Of a stretch of 64,000 nt of DNA, positions 41,229-52,793 are shown piece by piece. The stretch's first letter is position 1. Each line of letters starts with the position of its first letter. This stretch comes from Trypanosoma brucei (Eukaryota), in the NCBI GenBank assembly GCA_000002445.1, contig CP000070.1, positions 800,001 to 864,000 on the forward strand. The letters are read 5' to 3'. The notes under the pieces are model-generated. The model saw nothing but the letters and a program-made list of their open reading frames with translations, searched no databases and was not told where the DNA came from. The position numbers and the translations under genes are program-made.

Positions 41229-43652
41229 TCAACTCTCAACAAGAAAAACCATTTTTGCCTCAGGGGTATCTTGAATGCGAAAGTGTGCACGGTTCGCCTC
41301 AACCAATTTCAGCACTCCACCATAGTGTCGATTAGCCGCTTGCTGAACGCTAAGCGAAGCCCAGAGGAGCAGCTGCGAGGCCTCAACTCCTCGCGCCGGT
41401 ATCAAACTTCGCACCGCTTGCACGGCTTCCTCACGAGATAAAAAGTCGTTCTCTGCGAATTCCGCCTCCAAGTCGAGCGACTCACCAGAACATTCAGCTG
41501 AGACGTTAGCCTGGGAAGAGAGAGTAGAAATGGAAGGCGACCGCGCATCTCCAGACGTTCTCGGTGTAATGGGTGCCTCACCAAAAATATTGCCAGATCG
41601 CCCCCCACTAACTTTCTTCACTTTCCGCATTAAGAAAACTCCGGGCGACGTCTCTTTGCAAACGAAAAGATCAGGAAACAACTGCAAGACAGTGACGATA
41701 CGCGGTGGCAACACAGCCCGCATCGCAGGACTTGCGCACTGAAGGAAGAAGGCAGCTGTGCATGGTTCGTCATCGGGGGCCACATAGTGAAACACAACAG
41801 CCAAATCGCGCGGCGTTTGGTACGGATTCTCCTCACGGATGATGACACGTGTCGCCATATCGCCCGGTGCGGGTTCGGGCTCCTGTGAAGAAAGTGGGTC
41901 GGAGAGGTCTACGCGAGCAATGAAGTTCTCCCCAACACGAAATATGCGGGGATGACGATTCAGAATGTGCATCATCCCCTCAAAACCACCAACCATCACT
42001 TTCTCTTCTTCCGTAAGGCGAACATAGACATAGTGAGACCGATCCCACGTCGTGCATACGCGTCCCATGAGAATTATAAGACCTCGAACGTCTTCCGGAA
42101 ATTGCTCGAAGTCTTCAATGAAATGACCCTTCCAGCGGTCGCTGTTCGCCCCAATGCGCCTTCTCACAAGAGGCGTGTCCGTGTACCTTAGTTGAACTAC
42201 TTCGAATTGGGCAGGGTGATTCTTAACGCAGCCAATCAATTCGTTATGAGTTAAGTTTTTCTTTGTGTAGCGCTGCATCAGTAGGGACGAAGGAACAAAG
42301 TATCCGGGACAAACGCGCGAAACAAACTTCAGGATCGTCGCAAGCTGCTGAGACTCACCAGCCATGTTCGTAACTTCACCTTCCGCATTGAGAGGAATCA
42401 AACTATTGGCTTCCCCCTTTGCAATCTTGAGCTGTAACTGTTCGTGGGCTTCTTCGGGCGTTAGCCCATGCGCCTCAGGGTGCAACACTATGCTACGCCG
42501 GATCTCCGTCGTTCCTGCGATGCTACGGAGTTCAAAGTAGAAAGGCTGACGACGAAACCACTGCAACGTGGAGGAAATACGAATATGCTTCTTTTTTACC
42601 GCCGGTGGTAAGTTAAGGTTTCCAAAGTTTCCCCAGTTAACAGGAACGTACTTCAGGATTTCATACACATCTTCACGCGTGGGCACATTAGATGCAGCGG
42701 CCCAACCTCCATAGGCGTTCATGGAATTTGCGCCACGTGTTTGCGGCTGCGGTGACACGAAACGTGGAGGCTTTGACTCCCCAGCAAGTCGAGTGCAAAT
42801 GTACCTGTCGTGCAACACCCAGAATTCTCCCGCTGCGCGCGGCGTGCGGAGCAAACTAAGAAAGTCTCCGTACTTAACCGTATGGACAGTACCGCTGAGT
42901 TCACAAACTCGAGAGCCCTCCCGCAAGAGAAGGGAATAGGCTTCGCTGAGGGGTTTGTAATTAGGCTCATCCCTCTCACGCCGCCCAAGCACATCGTCGC
43001 GTAGGACGTCCAGGAGCTTTTCGGCGGCGCCCACCAGTCCCCTGTGCGTTCCTTCCGACGCATGCGACCCGATACGTTCGCCCGCTTCATTAACCGTCTC
43101 AGATTCGTCCTTATCGACATCAGCAAGGTAACTCTTCGGTTCGGCGGTAAGTTCCACATGACGAAGTCCATGAGCGTCCTCCACGAGCCGAAGGAGGAGG
43201 CATTTCTGCAACCATTCCTCGACACCCATTCCGCTGCCGAAGATATTGTCACGGCTTACTTTTGGCAGCTGCTCAACAAACACCTTAAGTCCTACACGAC
43301 CACTGGCATGCTGACGTGCAACTACCATTGCTGCAGCACGCTCCGCCACGGGGCGAGTATTAAAAATTGCAGTGAACTCATCTGGTGGAATTGCTTTAAA
43401 CCCGGGTTCTGAAAACGACAAAGCAAAGGGTTCATCACACCCTTCTGGTGAATCGGGTCCTGAGGATCGGAACCGCAGAGAAGCGAAGGGGCTGGCAGCG
43501 GGAATGTCACCGCGGGGTTTCCTCTTTCTTTCGTGAATAAGTTGGTGGTAGTGGACACGATTCTGGAGAATAAACTGCTGCCCTAGCAGCGAGCTGCCCC
43601 AAGGCAACGGTGTTGTGGAGAAAAGGAACTGAATTCGAAGGCGACGATGCAT
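41229..43652 (-). CDS. Conserved hypothetical protein (about 807 aa)
   Basis: Long uninterrupted minus-strand ORF. The first ATG is at 43652, since the track start at 43655 is a TTG. No motif I can name. Confidence 0.55.
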   Translation of the reverse strand: MHRRLRIQFLFSTTPLPWGSSLLGQQFILQNRVHYHQLIHERKRKPRGDIPAASPFASLRFRSSGPDSPEGCDEPFALSFSEPGFKAIPPDEFTAIFNTRPVAERAAAMVVARQHASGRVGLKVFVEQLPKVSRDNIFGSGMGVEEWLQKCLLLRLVEDAHGLRHVELTAEPKSYLADVDKDESETVNEAGERIGSHASEGTHRGLVGAAEKLLDVLRDDVLGRRERDEPNYKPLSEAYSLLLREGSRVCELSGTVHTVKYGDFLSLLRTPRAAGEFWVLHDRYICTRLAGESKPPRFVSPQPQTRGANSMNAYGGWAAASNVPTREDVYEILKYVPVNWGNFGNLNLPPAVKKKHIRISSTLQWFRRQPFYFELRSIAGTTEIRRSIVLHPEAHGLTPEEAHEQLQLKIAKGEANSLIPLNAEGEVTNMAGESQQLATILKFVSRVCPGYFVPSSLLMQRYTKKNLTHNELIGCVKNHPAQFEVVQLRYTDTPLVRRRIGANSDRWKGHFIEDFEQFPEDVRGLIILMGRVCTTWDRSHYVYVRLTEEEKVMVGGFEGMMHILNRHPRIFRVGENFIARVDLSDPLSSQEPEPAPGDMATRVIIREENPYQTPRDLAVVFHYVAPDDEPCTAAFFLQCASPAMRAVLPPRIVTVLQLFPDLFVCKETSPGVFLMRKVKKVSGGRSGNIFGEAPITPRTSGDARSPSISTLSSQANVSAECSGESLDLEAEFAENDFLSREEAVQAVRSLIPARGVEASQLLLWASLSVQQAANRHYGGVLKLVEANRAHFRIQDTPEAKMVFLVES

Positions 43653-44382
43653 CAATGCACCGTGGTCGGATCCTCGCTATAGTTGCCGTACTCCAGAAGC
43701 AAGAGATTAAAGGATGGAGAAAAAGCCCTCTAAACTCCCTTTTAGTAATTACACATTCCACTAGGAACCAGTAGTTGTGACGTTTCAGAGAGTTGTTGTG
43801 AAGATCTCCTAATCACACTTGATCATGTTACCACAGTTAAACACTAGATACTAACGTAACGGAAAGCGAGAACTGGCAAAATAAAATGGAGAACGCTGAA
43901 CGAGAGGGACAGCCCCTGCTACAGACACGACCCTTACCCTCCTCAGCGCTCGGACCTACCGCAACCTCAGTTTCTCACCAAACATACACACACAGACACA
44001 CACAGCGGTGATCGATCCTGCAGTGGCCAGTGAGCATAATCGGACAACGCACGGGTACCGCTCTTGTGAAGGGTCGCGTCACATACGAAGCTCCCCATCT
44101 CCTCCTTGCTTATGGCCCCTTCGGCCACTACAATGGCGCCGGTGCGCGACCCTCTCCGTGAGCCTGTTTGCAGCAAAGATGTCGACAGCGAGCACAACAG
44201 TTCGTACAACACCGCACCCGCGGGGGGGGGGGAACGATAATGACAACAATCTCCACATGCATTCTCTTCATCGGTGGAATTCACAGCGAATCAATTCCTG
44301 CGATGTTAATAACGAATACACCCAAAAGTACTGCGTAATCAGTGCTGTTTTTGGCATACGGAACTGATGTTTACTTCAACCC

Positions 44383-46746
44383 TCATATGGTGGTCTTCAC
44401 TTCGGATTCTTCAGTGGGTTTATCTTCCCCACCCGTGCTTTCTGCCAACAGTGCCTCGGCTGCTGCTGTGTCACGCATTATTTTTTCCCGTAGCTCAGCC
44501 TTTTGGTACTCCTCAGCCACATCACGTGGCTCCTCGTAAGTCTCATACTGCTGGAGAATGTCCCCTGTGCGGAATTGGAATTCATCCTGCATAATTACAC
44601 CGCATTCCAACCCAAGCTCGACGGAAGGGACGAGCTCCTTAAAGCGACGTAGCTCCTTAATTTGCCCCTCATACACCACAACGCGGTGGCCAAGCATATC
44701 TTCATCACCAACACCCTCATTATCACTAACGCCGTCAGTTTCTGCAGTGCCCTTGACAAGGGGCGCCTTCCGACACACACGAAAAGTGAGGTGAGCTGCG
44801 ATAATCGTTCCTTTTGTAACCCGCATACCACCAGCATTCCCGCTCTTGCCGGCTTGCGACGCGCGGAACACCTGTAGACACTCTGCCTCTGCTGTGACAC
44901 GAATTTTCGTTATCTTTGGCAGCGCTCCCACCAATGTCTCCTTTAAGGCCTCAAGTCCATGATACAGAACATTGAACCGAATCACCGTCACGTGACTGGG
45001 AACATCCAGCGTGTTGGTATCCTTACAACCACCGTACAACAAAATGCAACCAGGCTGCCCGGAACTACCAATGAGAGCAACATCATAATCCCGCAACCCA
45101 CCAACCTCAGTCACTTTTATCTCTGTGGAAATGCCTTCCAATCTAGGAATCTCATAGATGGATTTCATCAGCGCCTGCAGCATGCCGAAAGTGGCGGCCT
45201 TACACGAGAGCACAAAGGCTTGCGTGCTGTACGTACGCACAAGGTTATTATCAGGTTTACGTGCATATAACATGCCGTGCTGTTCCTGATTTAGTAACTG
45301 CAGGTAGTCTTCCCGCCGCCCTTCCGCCTGGTAAACCTCCTTCATAAAGTGATAAAACTTTTGGGCATGAGACTCGCTGCTCACCTGCAAAAGGACCGAT
45401 CCCGGCTTGGGGTGGACACGAAAACCATGCAACACTACAGGCTGCGACGGGCCGGCCTCCTGTATAATCTGGCCGTGCTCATCTAAAACCTTTCGGACCA
45501 CAGCGTACGTCATACCAGCTACAAGCACCTGACCGGCACGCACCTTACCACAACGTACAATACCCGCTACCTCAGTTGTCGTGTTAACGCCATTTGTTTC
45601 GATCACAGTTACTTCACACCTTGACGGCTCGGGCGTACTTATCTCGCAAAGTTCGGCTTGCAACGCGATGGCCTCAAGGAGCTCAGGAACACCCCGACCA
45701 TCCCGAGCGCACACCGGAACAAACTGCGTGTCGCCGCCATCCTCCTCAAGTTCCACATTGCAATCACGCAGCTGCTGCTTCACATTCTCCACCCTTGGTT
45801 GGCGGTCAATTTTGGTGCAGGCGACAACAAAAGGTATGCCTGACTTGTGTGCAAGCTCAATCACTTCTTTTGTTTGTGGTTGAACCCCATCTACAGCGGA
45901 CACGACGAGGACGATAAGGTCGTTGGCTGTGGCGCCCACCTCACGCATGGTAGTGAACGCCGCGTGGCCCGGTGTATCGATGAATGTCACGAGAGTGTCA
46001 CCAAGGGTTTTCACCTGAAACGCCCCAACATTTTGTGTGATGCCACCAGCCTCCTGGGAGGCCACATTTGTTTTTCGAAGGTAATCCAACAAGGTGGTCT
46101 TGCCGTGGTCCACATGACCCATTATGGAGACAACAGGGGGGCGTGGTACATACCGAACCTTAGCCGCTGTATACTTGATATCGTACTCACGAATGAGTCC
46201 CGCTCGGTGCAGATTGTTTGCCGTGCTTAGTGGGTCGCGGAGGTTTGTGGCTGTGGTGAAGTATTCCCTGAGTGGGTGATCCTCAAGTGCCTTCGCCGGG
46301 TCAGGACCTGGTTTTGGTCGCGCCTTTTGTTGTGGTGTCTTTTGCATTTTGCTGCGGCGTCTCATGAACTTGGCACATCGGGGGTCATCACTCCCCACCC
46401 ACAACGGCCCGGAGCGTGTGGGAATATATACAGCATCCTTCGCAAACTCATGCCAGTCGTATACTTCCCCAAGGCCCATCTCACGCCGGTCATTCTGAAT
46501 AGTCGCCTTCACGTAGTGTGCGACTGTATCCGGGTTGAATCGCCGCATGTTACCAGAGGAAGAATACCGCGGATCCACCACACCCTCCTGCCACTGCAGC
46601 CCGGGTTGGCCGCGGGAGCTCTGCGATTGCCAGCGCCGTGACGTCCAAACGGAAAATCCTGAGGGAAGGTTGGTGAAATGATGTAAGTTTGCGACACTAC
46701 CAAGTGCGGCAACGCGCCGCACACAATGGCAAAGTCCCGACTGCAT
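44383..46746 (-). CDS. Translation initiation factor IF-2, organellar (mitochondrial) type
   Basis: GTPase G1-G4 motifs are present: [14 protein letters not shown] (encoded near 46101-46127), DTPGH, and TKIDR within CTKIDRQP. The IF-2 beta-barrel and C-terminal domains follow. The track start at 46998 is a GTG, the first ATG is at 46746, and the N-terminus ([17 protein letters not shown]..) is presequence-like. Confidence 0.88.
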   Translation of the reverse strand: MQSGLCHCVRRVAALGSVANLHHFTNLPSGFSVWTSRRWQSQSSRGQPGLQWQEGVVDPRYSSSGNMRRFNPDTVAHYVKATIQNDRREMGLGEVYDWHEFAKDAVYIPTRSGPLWVGSDDPRCAKFMRRRSKMQKTPQQKARPKPGPDPAKALEDHPLREYFTTATNLRDPLSTANNLHRAGLIREYDIKYTAAKVRYVPRPPVVSIMGHVDHGKTTLLDYLRKTNVASQEAGGITQNVGAFQVKTLGDTLVTFIDTPGHAAFTTMREVGATANDLIVLVVSAVDGVQPQTKEVIELAHKSGIPFVVACTKIDRQPRVENVKQQLRDCNVELEEDGGDTQFVPVCARDGRGVPELLEAIALQAELCEISTPEPSRCEVTVIETNGVNTTTEVAGIVRCGKVRAGQVLVAGMTYAVVRKVLDEHGQIIQEAGPSQPVVLHGFRVHPKPGSVLLQVSSESHAQKFYHFMKEVYQAEGRREDYLQLLNQEQHGMLYARKPDNNLVRTYSTQAFVLSCKAATFGMLQALMKSIYEIPRLEGISTEIKVTEVGGLRDYDVALIGSSGQPGCILLYGGCKDTNTLDVPSHVTVIRFNVLYHGLEALKETLVGALPKITKIRVTAEAECLQVFRASQAGKSGNAGGMRVTKGTIIAAHLTFRVCRKAPLVKGTAETDGVSDNEGVGDEDMLGHRVVVYEGQIKELRRFKELVPSVELGLECGVIMQDEFQFRTGDILQQYETYEEPRDVAEEYQKAELREKIMRDTAAAEALLAESTGGEDKPTEESEVKTTI

Positions 46747-47492
46747 GGAAAGGGGACTGGGATTGTCTGCGCACGTAAAAGATTCCCTCTTTGTACAGTG
46801 GTGCCTTGCGACGGGGGGGGGAGGGGAAGAAAACCGAAAGGTGCAAACAAAGGTGCGGCAGTACAACGACAATATGGAGAGATTAGACAGGATGAAGGAA
46901 GGCACTGGAGGAACACGGGAAATGAGCACCGAAGTAACACCACTACGTTGTGCCCATTGGGTACTGGACAATTTCCTTCCCACCAGCAGCGCTGCCACGG
47001 TTTTGACCGAGTCAAACTAACTTTCCGGTATTCTCCTTCAGTAATCAAACCAAGAACTTTCATTTGCACACAAAAGACAAGCATCTGAATCGTTAGGCAG
47101 TATTTGCAGAATTCCAACGATGTGCACGCGCAGTGCTTGTTAACATGGGTTTGGCGTGTTAGAAAGACGCCGATCCATACCTTGTCAGGCAAAATCAACC
47201 ACAGGATGATGATTATTTCCTTTTTAGAGTGGTAGCTCGCAAGGACTAGCACCCACAACCCATGCTTTGGGTGATGCTGGGCTCACTACAATCAGAAAAG
47301 GTACAGAAGACAAGGGAAGGTAGGGGCAAAGAAAACGACAGACTTGGGAGTAACCCCAGTCGTGTGGGCCACGGTGTACAAGTTTCACCAATACAAAGCA
47401 CAGGAGGGAGGCCCATTACGCGCGCCAAATTAACCGTCACAACGACGGCGTCATTAGACACAGCAGTGACCTTCAACCCACACACCGTGTCG

Positions 47493-48614
47493 TCAACACC
47501 CATCTCCACCGCAGCACGTCTCCGTGAGGAAGGGCAACCTCCACACCCGCATCTCTCCGCCGTCTGTCCCCGTGGCCAACACGTCTCGTGCTGCGGATAC
47601 AGCCGACGCCATAACAAGTCCCTCATGAAGCTTCACTTGCCTTACCGGGTTAGAGGTGCGCAACGACCACTCAATTACCGTTGAGTCATCCGAAACCGTC
47701 AGCAGGGTATCGTCGCCAACAAATTCCAGCCCTCGCACGTAATCTTGGTGACCAGTTAAGGTCCGCGCCCCTTCCCCCAATGCCCCGCTTACGGGGTCCA
47801 AATCGACGGCAAAAATGAACTCAGAACACGCGGCGTAGAGCCAACAGCCGGAGTGTCCACCCTGTCCCTCATCCTGCACAAATTGGGTAACACGGGGGCT
47901 GTTTATGACGGCAATGTGGTTGACGGGGTTTTCGAACTCGTCGAATGAGGTCACTAGACGTTCGTCCTGCGTCCGCTGCCCGCCAAATATTGGCCCGATG
48001 TCCCACAACCGTATGGCGCAATCTTCCGAGGCTGTGAGAAGCAAATTTGGGTTCGGGGAGAGCACCAAATCGTTCACTGTACTCGTGGAAGCCATGAAGC
48101 GATCCACCAGATTCCCTGTAGAGGAAAAAGTGTCTCCCGCTCCCTCCACGGGCATACCCGACTGGCGTCGCGTGTCACCACACAAGGCAACATCGTGGAT
48201 GTAAACGGCGCCGTCATCACATGCACTGACTATGAGACAGCAGGCGCCGCCATTCACGCAGGCATTTCCGCTCCGCCTGGAAACTGGGAGCCGCAGCATT
48301 TTGTTAATTCCATCCCCAAAACCACGAATTACCGCGACCGGTTGGCTGATCTCCCGCACATCCCAGTACGCTATGGTACGGTCGTCAGATGCGGTAAGCA
48401 AACACGGCTCACTTTCTTCTATAAACAATGCGTGATTGACCGGCTCGCGGTGGTGCGTTAGTCGTGCGATATTACAACTATCCGAGGGGTTACGCAGATC
48501 CCAGAGCGCAGCTGTGTCGTCACCTGACGTAGAGCACAAGACACTGGCGTGGTGAGGAGAGAACTGAAGTGATGTAATCACTTCGGTATGTGCTTCGGGG
48601 ACAGAGAGCAGCAT
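47493..48614 (-). CDS. WD40-repeat protein (373 aa)
   Basis: Carries WD motifs LWDLRNP, IAYWDVRE, IRLWDIGP, VIEWSLR and MRVWRL. The first ATG is at 48614; the track start is a GTG. Confidence 0.75.
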   Translation of the reverse strand: MLLSVPEAHTEVITSLQFSPHHASVLCSTSGDDTAALWDLRNPSDSCNIARLTHHREPVNHALFIEESEPCLLTASDDRTIAYWDVREISQPVAVIRGFGDGINKMLRLPVSRRSGNACVNGGACCLIVSACDDGAVYIHDVALCGDTRRQSGMPVEGAGDTFSSTGNLVDRFMASTSTVNDLVLSPNPNLLLTASEDCAIRLWDIGPIFGGQRTQDERLVTSFDEFENPVNHIAVINSPRVTQFVQDEGQGGHSGCWLYAACSEFIFAVDLDPVSGALGEGARTLTGHQDYVRGLEFVGDDTLLTVSDDSTVIEWSLRTSNPVRQVKLHEGLVMASAVSAARDVLATGTDGGEMRVWRLPFLTETCCGGDGC

Positions 48615-50270
48615 TCTGCGTGTCCGTTTGCGGTAAGTTAGCAGAACGCCGTTAGGCACAGACTAAGGAGAAAGACAGCACGCTAAATGGGTTTAACGGC
48701 GACTACCCTATCGTCTCGGTGAATCTGTCCCTATCCTTTTTATTCCCCCGTTACAATATATTTGTTTATATGTCTATGTTATATTCCCTTGTCCAGCCCA
48801 GTTTCCTTTTGAGCGCAGCAAGTGTTGTGTCTAGGGGTGCAGTCAGTCTGTTAGCAGGTGAGTAAGAGCTGACAAGGAAGCATGGGGCTGCACTCCCAGT
48901 GCAAGGAAAAAAAAACAAACACATTTCATAAGGAACAAAGCACCACAACCGCCACAAGCTTCGTGAACTGGGTTGGGCGTTAGGGAACCCGAAAGCAAAG
49001 GACCCACAACCCAAGCAATGGCCCTCCCATCAATCAATGTACTCCCTTCCCTCATTTTTTACATTCCACACTAAAGTATGTGGGAAAAAGTGCTTGTAAG
49101 GTCACTGAAGTTGATCTCCACTTGGCTCTGTAGAATGGAAACGGATACCTCCACCTCGGATCGCAAAGTTATTTTCATTCCTTTCCTGCCACACACGGTG
49201 CAACGAGTATCATGTAATCAAACGAAGCATATTAGGGATGGTAACACGAACGAGTTTTCATACTGCTTAAGCGTTCGCATTTACAATATACCTCGAACGA
49301 ACAAATACCCCTCAAGTTGGAATACATAACCCTGCACTCTGTTTTGTCCAATCGGTGGTGCCACTCACGGAAGTGCACACGCACCCACTTACCTCATTCT
49401 TTCTTTCGTATTTGTGCCTGTCCTGCTCACAACCCTTCCCTCCTTCCCCATCGGCACGTGAAACAAAAGTCTGATACTCTTTTTCATTCTGTAACGCAAA
49501 CCATTGTTCTAGGCACGTACCGGCCGACAAAAAAAAAGGAAAATAATTTGCACAAGTGAAAGAGACGCTAAACAAAAGGGAAAAAAATTAAGAAAATCGA
49601 AAGATGAGGCGGGGAAAGAAACAAAATCAAATGGTGGAAACAAGGATCATTACATATGTATTACAAGGAAACCTTACGGGAAATAATGAAGAAGAAGCTG
49701 TCATGAGAGGAAAATGGAGTAGTAAATAGCACAAAGCTCCTGATGGATCTTTAACGAAGGCTTTCGCATTTATATCCGCTCCTTCAGCAATGTATAAGAT
49801 TAGCATAGTTAAAATAATAAGAAACATCCCCCTCCCTTAAAAAGGAAAAAAATAAAAATAAACAAACACAAACAAGTTTAGGACGCGATGTAATCTGTAA
49901 TTTTCTGTGCGCTGAAAAATAAGCCAAATATGGACGATGCTAATGTTGAGATACTATCATGTAAACATAAAAAGTGACTAAACCAAGTGATTGAATAACA
50001 CATTCAGCCGCGGCGTAGAACCATAGTAGTCACGGGATTCACCGTTAGACACTCTTTAACAATATGACTGCGCGTTCACAAGCGGTGGCACTGTCAGGAA
50101 AGAACCCGCCAAATAAAATATTTCCTGCGTACCATAACCAAATAGAACTACTCTCTCAGCAACTCTCAAGAAAGGAGCAATGATTCTGTTGATGTAACCT
50201 GAGGAGATCGGACGGTGTCACGACCCACACCACCTAGTACTCGGTGTGGGCATGCAGTAACAAATGCATC

Positions 50271-52793
50271 TCAAATTTCAGCGTCTTCGAGCATTAGCAG
50301 AAAAAGACCCCGAAGTTCCTCCCCGCAAGCGCGCGCTTTCGTAAGACACAGGGAAAGATTGTTCAGCTGCCGGACAACCTGCCGCCAACGGTTCTTGCGC
50401 GAATGTGCGCATGTGGTTGCTGTAACAATGGCAGCTGCAGACGCGAGCGGTGGTGATGCAGACCCTCCGCGCCTCTTTGTACGGTAGAGGTGGTGACGAT
50501 GTAGTTTAGAAGCAACCGAAGATGTCCCAGGGGTGGGTGGCCGCATATGCACTCCTCCACGCTTCATTTTAGTTTTCAGCCTCTTTTGCCCTTTCACACC
50601 CTTAGGTGATACGAACTTCCCACGTTCGCGGAATAAACCGGATGTCTCGTCAGTTTCAGTACATGCAGTGGATGGAGACGCGTTCCCTAGAGTCGCACCA
50701 ACGTCGGTGCGGATGTTGTCGGTAGGCGGTAGCAGCGAAGCATCCACGTGGTACTCACTCAACGGAGAGAGCGTGCAAAACGAATATTGTCCTGAAGGCA
50801 GGCGACCTGCCTTCTGCGTCGCGTACGCTGAATCTGTACATCCATTCAACAGAGATTCCCCGGGAAGTTGCGGCTGGTTGTCGTGTGGATCATTAGAAAC
50901 ATCTGTGTTCTGCACGTCTTGCGCCAACGGGCTTGGTTCACGATGAGCTTCGCGTGATAGGTAAAATGCCCGCGGGTTGATGAGCGGGGTCTCGTATTCG
51001 GATGCAGCGGAACCTGTAGTAGCCTGGTATGGGACCGGGGATTTGATAGGATCGAAAGAAGGGTTACGGCTTGCAGTACGTGCCGGTGCCTTCGGTGATA
51101 TTATATGTTTTTCTTGAGTCGTAAGCGCCGTTGCTTTCGGCGGTGGAGTTGCGACTTTCGTCGCTTCTGCGGTTGAGATGGCCTTTGTACGTCCCTTTGC
51201 TGTAGGACGGCGCGACGGTTGCTGCCGCGTTCCCGCGCGTTTTGCCGTAGGGCGGCGGCGCCCAGGCAAAACCGCATGCAAGTCTGCCAGTAACTTGTGG
51301 GTGTCCGACGTTACGGGAAGATGATCAGCAGCGCTGGGAGCTGTAATAACGTCGGCGAAGTTGTATGCTGCGGCTGCCTCAGTGGCACTATTGTTATCGG
51401 CGTTCCCACTACTTTTACTAACCTCGAGAAGGGCAGAAGCAGGTGTGCCTTTAAATGGTACCGTATTGTTCGTGGGACACTCCTTTCCCCTCGGCGGCCG
51501 CTCTGCAGCTGGTGGAGGTACCGAAACCGTCGCTTCTTGTAGGGAGAGTGGGACGACAAGCTGGCCACGGCGGGTCTGAGGTGCCGGTCGCCCCCGCACT
51601 CGCTTGCCTCGTTTTAGTGGAGTTTGCGGGTCTTCATCTAATGCTGTTGGGTCATCCTTTACGCATTTCTCTGTATTGAACAGATGGCCCTCGGTGGATG
51701 ATCGCCCCTTCTTGGACCGGGATTTACGGACAAGGATAGCCATATCGGAAGCTGCCGCCTCGCTTTCCCCACATACAGAAGCAGCACCCGGAATCGCCTC
51801 TGTCTCCTCCTTTTCCTTATCCCCCCCACCTCCCAGTCGAGACGGCTCACAAGCAAGCAGTTGGCTGCGCTGTACAGTAGATGCACGGGAGAATTTTGCC
51901 CCCGAAGCGTCAGACGAAAGATCCACACTCTCCAAGCGGCACAAAAGTTTTTCGTTAACCTCCACTGTCGCTCCTTTTCTTTCCGAGAGAGCGGAAGTTG
52001 TGGTGCTCAGCCCCCGGTCACTCCTTGCATGTCTCATGGGTTCGCGCTGTGTAGATCCAGTTTCTGCACTACACGACGCCCTCTGTGACAGGGACGCAGA
52101 AGCCGAAGATGGCCTTCCCGGTTTTGGGGCGCTGAGAAGAGAGACTGAAGGACAATGCGAATTATCTTTATCGCTAGCCGCTGCCCCATCCCGCAACACC
52201 GAGTTTGGACGATTACAATCTTCATCCTTGGAGTTGTCACAGCTTCCTTCTCCGTCACTCCCACAGTCAACACCGCGTGAAGAGGATTCTGTAGCGCTGA
52301 CAACTTCAGTACCGTCGGGGTTCTGTGGACAGTAACTCAGTGGGAGCACCTCTGTGATACTAACACGCGAGAGCGACCGTGTCCGCCTGCTCGCTGCTAC
52401 CACGGGGGCGATGCATTGTAGGAAGTGTGCCATGTCGTCCACGCTCAATTGCTGAACGAGAGCGCATGTCCCCTCGTACCTACCGCCATCCGCGACAGCA
52501 TGACCGTCGTCACCAGCACCGAGCTCCAGAGCAAATCCGTTGGATTCTGCCCACTTTTGTACAGTGACTCGTGGAAGCTCTATGCGCATCAACTGTTGCT
52601 CCCGCACGACACGGAAGTGAATAAGGTCATCGTAGTGAATGCGCAATGGTGTAGTGGTTTCGCCTTCAACATCCATGGCAATGAGCTCGGCACAGTGTGC
52701 GCCAAAACTGAGCTCACCACCAGCAAACTGCGCCGCAGACACGATGCATCGGAGCAACGAATAGCTTGTTAGCGACTGTGATACGCATTCCAT
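50271..52793 (-). CDS. Hypothetical protein with a roughly 150-aa ordered N-terminal region followed by a long S/A/P/T/R-rich low-complexity region (about 840 aa)
   Basis: Longest ORF in the interval and in the orientation of the transcription unit. The first ATG is at 52793; the track start is a GTG. The strong compositional bias makes the coding call moderate, and an antisense 243-aa ORF at 51604-52335 is probably spurious. Confidence 0.5.
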   Translation of the reverse strand: MECVSQSLTSYSLLRCIVSAAQFAGGELSFGAHCAELIAMDVEGETTTPLRIHYDDLIHFRVVREQQLMRIELPRVTVQKWAESNGFALELGAGDDGHAVADGGRYEGTCALVQQLSVDDMAHFLQCIAPVVAASRRTRSLSRVSITEVLPLSYCPQNPDGTEVVSATESSSRGVDCGSDGEGSCDNSKDEDCNRPNSVLRDGAAASDKDNSHCPSVSLLSAPKPGRPSSASASLSQRASCSAETGSTQREPMRHARSDRGLSTTTSALSERKGATVEVNEKLLCRLESVDLSSDASGAKFSRASTVQRSQLLACEPSRLGGGGDKEKEETEAIPGAASVCGESEAAASDMAILVRKSRSKKGRSSTEGHLFNTEKCVKDDPTALDEDPQTPLKRGKRVRGRPAPQTRRGQLVVPLSLQEATVSVPPPAAERPPRGKECPTNNTVPFKGTPASALLEVSKSSGNADNNSATEAAAAYNFADVITAPSAADHLPVTSDTHKLLADLHAVLPGRRRPTAKRAGTRQQPSRRPTAKGRTKAISTAEATKVATPPPKATALTTQEKHIISPKAPARTASRNPSFDPIKSPVPYQATTGSAASEYETPLINPRAFYLSREAHREPSPLAQDVQNTDVSNDPHDNQPQLPGESLLNGCTDSAYATQKAGRLPSGQYSFCTLSPLSEYHVDASLLPPTDNIRTDVGATLGNASPSTACTETDETSGLFRERGKFVSPKGVKGQKRLKTKMKRGGVHMRPPTPGTSSVASKLHRHHLYRTKRRGGSASPPLASAAAIVTATTCAHSRKNRWRQVVRQLNNLSLCLTKARACGEELRGLFLLMLEDAEI

